Below are positions 23,718-36,500 of a stretch of 64,000 nucleotides of DNA, piece by piece (the first letter of the stretch is position 1; every line of letters starts with the position of its first letter). The position numbers and the translations under genes were made by a program. The DNA comes from Owenia fusiformis. Lineage: Eukaryota. The stretch is taken from assembly GCA_903813345.2 (NCBI GenBank), contig CAIIXF020000001.1:16182001-16246000 (forward strand), read 5' to 3'. Below the pieces are notes generated by a model, which was given only the letters and a program-made list of their open reading frames with translations, made no database searches and was not told where the DNA came from.

Positions 23718-26700
23718 GCAACTCACTCACAGGATACAAGAATAGGCGCTAGGCATGCTTGTCAACCAACACATGGTGTACACTCTAAGTAGATACTATG
23801 TCAAGCTTTACATGCTGTCAATCTTGCTAAGAGGCAATTGTGTAAAACTTAGGAATGATCCAAATCCTTGAATATGTGGACTGAGATAAAGAATTAATAT
23901 ATGACAGTAATGCTTATCTGAAGAACTAGGCCTGGATGAAAGGTTATTAGGAAGAATCAGAGACACTACGTGCGGAAGATAAAATGCTACTTTGCTAATA
24001 TGTGCCGCTATATAGACTGATAGAGACCTAGATGAATGTGAAATGTGACTTTGTAGAATGTTTATTAATTCTGCATTAATGGAATTACATTTTTCGTGCC
24101 AATATCCCTTACATAGCCTTCATGTAACATTCGAGAAGTTTTTATTAAAATATTTTTTGAAACTGAATTTTTTGAAGTTCAATGTCAACTGAAAAGATAT
24201 ACCCGTTACATATTGAAGTTTGGAATAGTGAGAATCGTGCTATTCATTGTTCAAGCATTAACTTTTTCATTGTTCAATTTGTCATTATTAACTATTTATC
24301 TTATGAATTATGTATTTTATTTGTTTCCATTACTATTTTATACTAATAACCAGGGATTTCTCAAAATATTTTTAATGAAATTCTTCAATGTTATGGTGTG
24401 TCATTGTATGATATCATAGTCTAGAACAATAGATCAATAATTTTTAATTTCGAATGCTTTAAGAAAAGTACCCCATATAATTCAAATGCCATGATTAGTA
24501 TTAGAGTGAAAAAAGCATTAATTCAATGAATATTATGTTGTACCAATGTGTGTTACATAACATGATATGACAAAATTTATGTATCGAGAGGTAATTTCTC
24601 AAAAATATGAATTAAGATTATTAATATTCAATAATGTAACATATATTTACCAATATTAACATCAAGGAAGACAAATGTGATTCCAGCAAATGTGTTACAA
24701 TTTTTTCAAAAAATTAAATGCAAATGCAATATTCTTGTCGAATTGAAATCCAGTTGAGAATAATGTAATAATGAATCAGACTCAATCAGCAGGATATGCA
24801 CAAAGAGAGATTGGTAAGAATTCAGTGAAAAATTGCGCACAAACTGAGAAAAATAACTGCTCATATACAAAACTGCACAGTGCTTTTGCATACAACCTGT
24901 TTGTTGATGTGTAAATGTCCTCAGTAGTTATGTGAAAAGGAACATGCTAAAGTTAGTTCAGTTGTTTTTTGTCATTGCGATATAACTGGATATTAGTTGA
25001 GGGGTTATAGGTGTTGCTATGGCAACCATATGCTTCTTTGTTATCGATTTGTATGTAATACGCTCAGCAATTGATGAATGCTTCTTATCAATCGGGTTTC
25101 TACAGGCTCAATTTTACATTAACAACATTAAATGTTTAATAAAAAGACTGTGTGTAAGGGTGTCAATTTGTTTGTAATTTCAAATTGTAAGAGTTGAAAA
25201 TACCCAAATCAGAGTAATTATGAACTAGTTTCAGAGAATTTGTAGAGGCCTGATTAATAAGATTTAATATGAAGTACTTAGAGGCAGTGATGTATGTAAT
25301 AAATGTTATAGATTTAGAAAATGTATATTGTAAATAATTCTTATACGTCCAACAACTGACCAACAAGATGCTGTAACCATAAAAACACGATATGTTTGCA
25401 TGTTTAAGTATTAAATTGTGTTTCTGATGTGTTCCATAGAATTAATATGTTATTTTTGTAAGTCATTTGAAAAGGATGTTAGCCATATGTATTTTTTACT
25501 ATATTTTGTATACAGTAGTTTTTATAGCAGTTACTCATTTGTTTGTTGAATACGAAGGAATATCTTCAACATTCTATTGTTGCTGATAAAATTAAAAATT
25601 GTGACAAAATAGATTTTCATTAGGAGTTAATTTTAATGATTTTTTGAAAGTCTAAAATTTTGTATATATATCTAGGTCATTAAGAATCTAATATCTGTTT
25701 TTTTAAATGTTAGGTATGTAACTTTGCTTGTTTAAAATTTATGTGACAATAGGAAATCTGCAGTAGACTTATGAATTGAAGAATTGAATCAAGTACAGTA
25801 AAACCCATCCAATCAGAATGCTACTGGGACCAACCCAAAGTGTTCAAATTGACAGGTGTTCACATTCTATGTTCTATGAGATTAAAAAAAATGACAGAAA
25901 AGTGTTCACTTGTAGAGGTGTTCAGACTAGGGAAGTGTTCAGCTATACAAGTTTTGTTGTACCAAGTATAGATCTGGGATAAATATAATATTAGATATTT
26001 TAATCCCAGATATAGCAGTATATATATATGTTCAGGAGGCCCCTCAATTGTGTTCATGTTGCCATGAAAGGCTTATTATATATTAATCACTTGTAGATGA
26101 AATTCTGAAGTTATTGTTATGCAAATGTATGTAACAATGCACAAATAGTCTACTAATAAAATATACAAAACATATTCTATGTATTCTGTATTGTATTTCA
26201 TTTTCTTTTATAAGAATTTTGTTGATAGGTCTCAATCACTGAGGCACAAATTGTTAAGGGGTCACTTCAAAACATGCCGTAATCCCAACTCAATATTGGT
26301 CAAAGTTTCTGAAAATCAGTGAATGTGACTTTGTAACCTTTTACCCATTCCCAAACCTCAAAATGTTGGTTTGCACATGTGTTAAGTGGCGACCCCCTGC
26401 TATTTAAAGTAGGTGTTCTTTGTTTCAAATGCTGTTAGTATTTTGCAATTTTATCAAGGATATAACCGGAGTTTGACGAGAATCAAATTTTGACGCTTAC
26501 TCTAGGTAAACACAATCCCCTTTTATGTTACCCTGATTCAATAGTTCACAAGGGAAGTTTTTAAGTTTTTTTCAGGTATTATATAAGTAAATCATATCTG
26601 CCAACCTAAGACCAAAATTTTGTGGTAGATTTTTTTAAAATTGCTGTATTTTAAGAGTTTGGTTAACTAAAAAAATCATGGCAGAAAGCATTCCTTCAAG

Positions 26701-26856
26701 TGGCAGTCCAAACACCAACTGCCACTTGAAGGAATTCTTTCTGCCATGATTTTTGTAGTTAACCAAACCCTTTTGTACACAGATCTTTATTCCGAATGCA
26801 ACAAAAATATGACACGCCAGCTTACTTAGATAAATACGCAATATCCTGATAACCAC

Positions 26857-27270
26857 AGACCTGCCGATATCTATTTATATTCGGGTCGGTAAAGGAATAT
26901 TACGGGGACAGTACAGGAAGACTTAATTTTTCAGCATTTCCCAACAATAACGGGAGTTTTACGGCAGTTTGAACAAAAATACTGTTGATTTTAGCATGCA
27001 GAAATATGGTAGATTTTCAAAAATTTACGGTCGATTTTCAAAATGTTACAATAGATTTTAAAAAATTTACGGTAGATTTATGGCCGTTCTCATGGAAAAA
27101 AACGAGTTTTTAAAAAAAATTTACAGTCGATTTCGGAAAAAATACGGTAGATTTTTTTACGGGCATTTTTAGGGGAAAAAATGGTATTTTTATGGTAGTT
27201 TGTCTTTTTTTTACGGAAAACGAAAAATTTATGGTAGATTCCCGTAAAAATACGGTAGGTTGGCAGGTAT
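26857..27270. mobile_element. MITE with CA.ACCTGCC ends and internal tttacggtagattt repeats
   Basis: cagacctgcc ... ggcaggtatg, with many internal short direct repeats. Confidence 0.5.
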
Positions 27271-27549
27271 GTAAATGGCTGTAACCTAGAGGATGATGCG
27301 GTGGTCAAAAATTCATGAGGAAAAAGTACAGGTGCAATGTTCTGGACATTAACAATTCACAATTGTGTACTGGAGCATAACACACATATATCTACCTCCT
27401 CCAATAATAAACATACCATAAGTCTTAACCAGCAATTTATTTGAGTCTTCATAATAATGACTTTTGAAGCCATAAACACAGCATTTCCCTATAAAATATC
27501 TCCTTGTCCAATGTGCGTTAATTCCTTATTGTACTGCTAATGTTTTCAT

Positions 27550-30500
27550 TTATTTTTTACTTTCTTCAGTTTTTTCTCCACCAAGTGGTGATTTTAATAC
27601 TTCATCAATAAGTCCAAATTCTTTAGCCTCATCTGGACTCATAAATCTGTCCCTTTCTAAATTCTTCTCTGAAAATAAAGCATGTGACATTAGATAAGAT
27701 TACATCAGTAGTAATAGGGGTGGAGGGCTATAGCTTTGTCTAGATATTTGTCAGGACTTCCTTCACATACAGTTGGCTCAACTGAATTACATTAGTTAGT
27801 TCATCATGATCTGAAAGCTGGGATGCTAGAAAGGTTGCATACTTTACATCATATTTCATTAGCTGAGATAGAGAGGTAAACTCCTTTACCTATTAAATCA
27901 AGAGGTTGAGATTTTCTTTATACACGAAGGTTGAGAGGTATGTTTTCTCTTGTCTATTATATCAAAACGTTCAGGGATGGGTTGATATTTTTCTCACTAT
28001 TATTTCAAGGGGTTGAGAGATGATTTCCCTAACTGGTATATCAAGGGGTTGAGAGGTATGATATCCCTTACCAGTATATAAAGGGGTTGAGATATATGAT
28101 ATTGAATGATTTCCCTTACTATTAAATCAAGGGGCTGAGAGGTATGATTTCCCTAACTAGTATATCAAGGGGTTGAGAGGTATGATATCCCTTACTAGTA
28201 TATAAAGGGGTTGAGATATAATATGATATTGTATGATTCCCTTACTATTAAATCAAGGGGTGAGAGGTATGATTTTCTTTGCCTATTATATCTAGGGGTT
28301 GAGAAGTATGATTTCCTTACCAGTATATAAAGGGGTTGAGATATATGATATTGTATGATTTCCCTTACTATTAAATCAAGGGGTAAGTGAGAGGTATGGT
28401 TTCCCTTACTATTAAATCAAGGGGTTGAGAGGTATGATTTCCCCAACTAGTATATCAAGGGGTTGAGAAGTATGATTTCCTTACCTATTGTTTCAAGAGG
28501 TTGAGAGGTATGTTTAACATAGAGTTGATTTATTTGTTTTTTCATCTTAAGAATCTCCTCAGCCTGTATCTGTATATCTGTTGCTTGACCCTGCAAAAAC
28601 AATTGAGAATAATCAATGAAGTTTTTACATTAAAATACGTTTTGTAATTTGACATTTGAGTAGACGTAAAGTGATGATATTAAATCCCAATTAATGGTCA
28701 AGTTATTGTACCATTCAAGTAAAACAGAAAAATATTTTGCCTGAGAAGGTCTCAAGGTACAGAACTTACAGCTGTCTGGCTGCCAATGGCAATCTTTTCA
28801 CTCTTGCCAATGAACTTGGAAAAATGAGTTGCCTATTGGACAGTGGACTCAATTCCAATATTTTAATTAGACAATCATGTTTTCAACTTTTAGTCATGAA
28901 CCTTGGAAGGTCCGTATATCATGTCGGCACCATCTTCTGAGGGTACAATATTTTCAGTATTTCCAATTTCCATGGCATACAGTTTTATAATTGTTTTTCA
29001 AAATTCTATTAGAAGTCATAACAGGTGATATGATGGTGTCAATAGAAAATGACATCACTTGAACTAATCAGATCACTGGGAATTTCACAATCTTTGAATA
29101 ATATATCATATCACTCATTCAATGAATGGGAACATTAAGTGAAATTCTTGCATTTAAGGTACAGCTGGAAAATAACATTTTAGGAAAAATTGCTATACCT
29201 GTACATGAAGGCATGTGTAATTTCCTTGCTTTTTCAGGAAAGTATCATTACATTGTCTTCTTTTAGTAAATCTGGTAAAAGTTCAATGGTCCCGAACTCC
29301 AGGAAATTCTGATTTTTCACACTTTCTATTTTTCCAAATTTTCTTTCAAAGTTCCCAGACAACACAGGAGCCACCTGTTGTTTTTGCTCCTTTCTACCAA
29401 TTCTTGAGAATGAAATAAAATGTCTTTCCGAACCTTGTAGGAACAAAATAGCATGTACGACATGTTTTTAGACCTCTCAATATTATAGTTATACAAAGGA
29501 TTTTTGGTTGATTTTAAAAAAGTATTCAAAAAATTAAAACAAAATCCCCCCAAAATAGATAAAAATCAAGATAAACCTTTTATTTCATTAACAAGATACT
29601 TTTTTAAAATCAACCAAAATTTCCTTTGTGCAATTACAATATTGAGAGACCTAAACATGTTGTGTTTATGTCGTTTTGCTCCAATGAGGTTCGGAAAGAT
29701 GTTTCATTTCACTCTGGAAACATGATACAAAGAACAAAAGAAGTGTTTGATGTGTTAAAAACAATATAGATGAAAGTATATATGATACGACGTCAGATAC
29801 TGTACATCACGGCGTAACAGTGTAATTGTTCATTTTACCGACAAAATGCAAAGATTTACGCGATAAATATGCGCAATGCTCCTCCAAGTAATTGCAAACG
29901 TTTTAATATTCGTGGAATCTTCTTAAAAACTTCAAGTTTTGTTCAGATTAATGTGCGCTTCAATACAATTCTATATTCAAAAAGGTTGTGTCACGATATA
30001 CAGAATTAGAATCACCAGAAAGTAGACATTTCAAACCCTACCCGTTTTCTTCTTTGTCGCGCTTTTCGGCCCTGCGCTCTCGTTGTCGCACCGTCTTTCT
30101 AGACTCTTTCACAATGCCCCTTGTCATATTCAACAGATAAACACAGACGGGAACATATTAAGGATTGTTAAATGCATTATTTGTAATTTATTTTAACTCG
30201 AATATTTAGTTTTATTTATTTAAAGCAATGAATAATAAAGGAGAACATATAATACGCTAACGGCGTAACGTCTTATTTTGTAAAGGCTTCACTTGGGGTT
30301 GCGGTGATAAAACGATGTCTATCTCAATATAGAACTGGTTCAAATTAAATGAAATTAATTGTATGTAGTAAGGGGTATATTTAAAAGAACATGCTGAAAC
30401 ATCGGAAAGTTTTGAATGTTTATCCCTTAATTAGAAATATTTGAACTCAAAAAATGAAACGTAATTTTGTGAATTTTTCACATGGCTTCACTTCATATTT

Positions 30501-33500
30501 CTTTCAATATATACTTCTTACAGACTGAATTTTAATCGAAATGATATAGTTTTTTGATAAAAATATAGAATATGATATGCCCTTCAGGAATCAAAAAAAG
30601 AATAATTCACCTTTCAAACGATTTAATGTTTAATTGATCAAAACATATATCTTGTTTTTTGAAATTCTGCCTGTCGACACTTTTTGTGCATAAATATAAG
30701 CGTTAAGTTAGCATTGTTATATTATGACGTCATCACACAGAATCTGTTTGTCTTTTCCAAAATGGTGCATTTAAATATTGCGAAAATTTGAGAAAGATCC
30801 GTTGGGAAATGAAAAAGTTATCTTCATTTTTCGTTTAAAATTAAAATCACTTTTCTTCAAAATGTTACAGTCGACACCCGGTTTTAGCATAGAAAGTCGC
30901 ATAATACGGCTTGCGTGATTCTCATTTAAAAAGTCCCAAATCAGTTATTTGGAATTCTGATAGGCAAAATATTTCATGGACATACGTGTTCAACTGATGA
31001 CGAAAAATTGTAGAAAAATATGATTTTGCTGTCGAGATATTGCGGTTTTAAAAGTAAGTACGCATTAAAAATGCAGTAAAATGCCGCGATGTACAGTATC
31101 TGACGTTGTATCATATATATTTTTCAAATTATATTGTTACCATTCAAAAGATGACCATTAAATTGACGATGTGTTAAATTTTTAGATTTTTTCATGACTG
31201 GTTTAAGAGAAACGTGTGTTCAAAAAGTTCTCCACTCCTTTATTGATCTTAACATTTATTGTAACTAGAAACTTTGAATTATATTGATGTTATACTCTTA
31301 GCTATATCTGTTGTTCTCAGTGCATTATTGATCTGTTTTTAACTAGGCAGGGATCCTTAAAAAGAGATAACTTCTGTTCTCCTTGCATACTTTTATCTAG
31401 CAGTGCCTCGGGAGAATACCACAGAATGTTACAGTATATAGTAGTTTGTTCCTGAAATATGAGTGGATGAAACTGCTCCACCTTCATGTGAAATACATCA
31501 TAACAAGTAATGTATTTTCTAATGATATAAATACAACACAATGCAATATCGCTGTCAAGGAAATAGTGATTGATTTTGGTGTTTTTACCTTTTATAAAAA
31601 TGTCAAAATAATTATTATCCATAATGATTTCCTATAATCAGTAAAGCTTATTGATAAGTATTATTGGTAGCATTGTGAAAGGGCTGAATAGATATTTCTC
31701 CTCTAAGTTTGGAACATTTTTGTTTTGTTAATACTAGTCAGCATGGGTTTCAGAGTTATGACTAATGAAAGAATATGCCTTGTCAAGGACAGAGCTTTCG
31801 AGAATAAATAGAGATTTTCCTATATGAGGTTCAGGATATTGGGATTATCCCGAGCCCAATATAATATATCCGCCCGAGGGCTGTAGGTCCCGAAGGTAGA
31901 TATATAGAGATTATCCTATATGAGGTTCAGGATATTGGGATTATCCCGAGGCCAATAGGTCCCGAGGGAAGATATATTATATTGGCCAAGGGATAATCCC
32001 AATATCCTGAACCGACTATAGGATGATCTGTTTATCCCATACCAATCACATTGTTCAATTGTTGCAACCAATCGTGGAATTATTTTAAAATATTCATGTC
32101 CAGTTTTTTATTCTTGTCCGTAGCCGGATTTTCCTGTTCAAATATTTGATTATTAACGGGGCATACTGCTCCTTCCCTTCTCTAAAGCATCAAACAGATC
32201 GCGATCGATTGTTTGCGTTTTTCTCCATTGTCGTTTACAGTATGCGAACGTTACAAAAAAGAACCAATACGGGAACAGCGATTATGACGTAGCGGGCAGA
32301 TATACTATATCTGCCCGCTTGGAGCGGGACGTAAAGCTATATCTGCCCGCTGATGAAGATATAAGTTTTTACAAACCGACTTTATGTACCCGTAACACGT
32401 CCAAGTATGGGATAAATTATATTGTCCAAGGGATAATCCATATATCCTGACCCGACTATAGGATAATCTGTTTATCCCATACCTATCTTGGTCATCTGGT
32501 TCATATTGTTCAATTGGCCAGAGTTCAGAAAATATCCAACCGGCAACTGTGGTTTTGAAAATGAACCAATATGCGAATGGTGATAATGATGGAGCGAGCA
32601 GATATAGTATATCTGCCAGCTACGTCATAATCGCAGTTCGCAAATTGGTTCATTTTTTGTAACGTTCGCATGATAACTGTAAACAACAATGGAGAAAAAC
32701 GCAGACAATCGCAATCTGTTCGATGGGAAGGAGCATCCTGTTATAGTGTTAATGATCAAAAATTAGAGAAAATAAATGTGGATGAATAAAATACTGAAAG
32801 AACAGGAAAATGCGGCCATGGCCAAGAAAACAAAACCACCCTTGGTATACGCAGCTAACGAAAATTGACCGGTACGGGTCAAAAGCTGGACCGGTACGGG
32901 TTAACGGTTTTATTTGAATTTAAAACAGCCATAACTTGCTCAATATTGACTTCCTCGTGTCTAATTTGAAATATATGATGCCTCCCGATGCTTTTAAGTA
33001 CCCCAATTTTTTACAGATTTTTAAACGGACCAAAACTCTCTAAATGCGCATTTATGCTCTTTTCTCTCGAGAACGACTGTCTCATTTTCACGATAACTTT
33101 TATTTAGTACTTCTAACATATAAGATCTATTTTCCCCCATCAAGGAATGATGTAAATGACATGCTATTTACATCTTGTGAGTTTCAATGACGCGCATCTG
33201 ATTTTATAAAAAATGCCAAACTTTGTGACAAAGAATTTCCTCCTGCTTGCAGCGAGAAGACGGACCGGTTCGGGGCAATCTGCTTGTAGCGAGAAGACGG
33301 ACCGGTTCGGGGCAATAGCTGATGAAATTCTTTGTCACAAAGTTTGGCATTTTTTATAAAATCAAACGCGCGTCATTGAAACTCACAAGATGTAAATAGC
33401 ATGTCATTTACATCATACCTTGATGGGGAAAAATAGATCGTATATGTTAGAAGTACTAAATAAAAGTTATCGTGAAAATGAGACAGTCGTTCTCGAGAGA

Positions 33501-36500
33501 AAAGAGCATAAATGCGCATTTAGAGAGCTTTGGTCCGTTTAAAAATCTGTAAAAAATTGGGGTACTTAAAAGCATCGGGAGGCATCATATATTTCAAATT
33601 AGACACGAGGAAGTCAATATTGAGCAAGTTATGGCTATTTTAAATTCAAATAAAATAGTTAACCCGTACCGGTCCAGCTTTTGACCCGTACCGGTCAATT
33701 TTCGTTAGCTGCGTATACCAAGGGTGAAAACTAGACATGAATATTCTAAACTATTTCCACAGTTGGTTGAACTTTCTGAACTGTGAGATGACCAAGATTG
33801 GTATGGGATAAACAGATGCAGGATATAGGGATTATCCTTTGGGCAATATAATATATCTACCCTCGGGACCTACGTCCCTCAGGCAGATATATTATATTGG
33901 CCTCAGAATAATCCCAATATCCTGAACCTCATATAGGATAATCTCTATGTATACATATGTAATGGAGCAAAATAAGCAAGATGAATATTGAAATGTGGCA
34001 CACCTGCGTGGGAACCTCTCGATCTTGAGTGTCATGCCTTACTGCAATAAAATCTCAAGCATGATAAGCTGTATTGTTAGTACCTCAGTGTGAATACTCG
34101 CATCTGATTGGTCAATTAGCGGTCAACATTTTTGCCTGTACCCCACATGTGCATCATGGGATATCATATTGTTGACCGCATTTGTTACTGTACTACACTT
34201 GTGAATTATGGGAATATGACGTCATGATGTTCAAAGAAAAACATGGCAGACTGACGTTTTTAAACATTGATGAATGTGATATTTTGACTTTGTTACTAGA
34301 CAATAAGGATAGCCAAAATACAAAGAGAAACATAGAATTAACATTAACTATACTTAATGAGTATGCAGTGAAGTGCTGAAAATAGAGAATTTAGCTACCC
34401 CTTCCTACTTCAGATGCGCGATTCGAACCAGGAGAAAAATAGTGAAATGTACAAAATAAGACTTTTCAAATGCTAAAATGGGGCATTGCACGAACAATTC
34501 GTAGATTAAAAAGTAGATGAGGTTACCCCGCGAACACTTGAAATAATCAAACAATATTTTCATTGATCGATGATTGTCGTCTACAAGTGTGTTATTAGTT
34601 TCTTCTGACTAACAAAACAATTGTAGACCTCTTCATTCAGTCAACCGACAAAATCATATACCTCGACTGTAAACCTTGAAACTACTGTTGACCTTGACCT
34701 TCGGTCTCTGTCAACAGTAGTTTCTCAGTTTACAGTCTCGGTATACAATTTTGCCAGTTGACCTCTGGAGAGGTCAACAATTGTATACTGTAGAAGCAAC
34801 CTGGTTACCAAGTTCATTACAGAAATCTATGGGGGTCCTCTATGGCATTAAGTATCACAATGCAATTAAATAGGGTAAACATGAGATTTAAAAGCTCAAT
34901 ATAATAGGGGATCAATTGAAAGAGGTTATTAGCCTATTTGATATTCCAGATCAAATGAATTCTGTTAATTTTTCAACATTTTCTTTTGTATGTTGGGGAG
35001 ATGCATCAAACTTGGACGTTTGGGATTACTTCATTGTAGGGCTATTTTGTCGCTGTAGGATTATTTTGACCATGGATTCATATTTCCAGGGTCAGCCATC
35101 TTGGATTAAAATCTCGCCAATTGGAGATTTTGATTTATTTTGAAAAAACAAAACATGGCAGACTGTGAATTTAAAATATAAGCCAATGTCAAAATAGCCC
35201 CATGGTCGAAGTAGGCCAACGATGAAGTAACCCCATACAGCAAAGTTTGACGCATATCCCCTAAAGCTAAGACACTTACAGCAGCTTGGCCTGATGGTTG
35301 GTGTATCATCACCCTTGAGTTTGGTAAAGAATGTCTCATCCCAGGCTCCCCTGCGCACAGGAGGAGTGATCCCATACTGCATGCCTGCCCCACGCACCAT
35401 GTAGCAATTGGTGGCAGGACATATTGCATTGTGTCATATATTCCTAAGCCTGCGGTCACAGAGCCACCTGCAAATATTATGAACAACAATATACATGTAC
35501 ATGAAGTTAAATGTAAAATCAATCTAGTTACAGCTTGTAATGGCTTGTATCAAGAGCCCGAATAAGAGTTCCTCTTTGAAAACAAGCAATTTGATATTCT
35601 TGTTTGGGAAAAAGGTGGTTTAAATGTGTTCTCTGGTTTAGATTTTCCCCTGATGGTGCCATGATATTTTTTTAATCTACATTCTAAAGTAGCCTGCTAA
35701 CAACTGAATTGGCTGCTTTTTATTTTACCGAAGTTGATTTGAGAATTACACCAATAGAAGTTATAACATGTATGAATCTATAAATATTGATGAAAACAGC
35801 AATCGACAAAAGTTACCTCATAGGAAACTATATGTTTGAGAGCAATAGCCTTGTAAAACCAATAAAAAATCGGTAACCAGAAACTTTGTCTTTTAAGACC
35901 GGTGATCAAAGACAATCGTTGAAGATGAAAGAACCCAGACAACTGATATGCTAATATTCTCTTTCGAGTCATTCTCAAAATTATGAATCTTGCAGAGTAA
36001 ATTGGCAAATCAAAACAAAAAAATGGGAAGGAAATGGGTTCAACTGTTGATACTAGACATTTGTGTGTTATTAACATATGCAGAAGTAATAAACATTAAT
36101 TATGAGAGGGTTGAGAACATTACGAGGATTGGAACAATATTTGAAACTATGACCGTAAATGGTGATTACACAGAATGTATGTTTGCTTGTGTTCGACGCA
36201 ATGTGTCATGTGTGGCATTTACTGTACGTACAGACGATGGAGTAACATTTTGTGACCTGAATACTGAGATGATTTGGGATGACCCTCCTGTTGAAATGAA
36301 CAATAGTGACCACTATGTCAGAAGTAAGTACAGTAAAACCTGTCTATGTAGAACACCTTTGGTACCTCTAAAAAATGTTCCACTTGGGAGGTGTTCTCAC
36401 GGGGTACCATCGAAATATTTTGGCAGAGAACGACATTTTACTAAGAAATGGCAATAATTTAGCACAATATATTTTTTAACTAGAGTTCTACTTTGATTTT

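Noticed and set aside
23710-23754. GGCGCTAGGCA repeated at and just after the UHRF1 stop codon
   Set aside because: Only 11 bp and two copies, too little to add to the junction-duplication pattern.
27880-28512. Regularly spaced repeats superficially like a CRISPR array (also 39298-39637 and 23280-23580)
   Set aside because: Units are contiguous degenerate tandem copies without unique spacers, the context is eukaryotic introns, and there are no cas genes.
34975-35270. Diverged inverted repeat beside the CLPP exon 4 donor
   Set aside because: Looks like two decayed repeat fragments. Identity is too low to argue for a functional structure.
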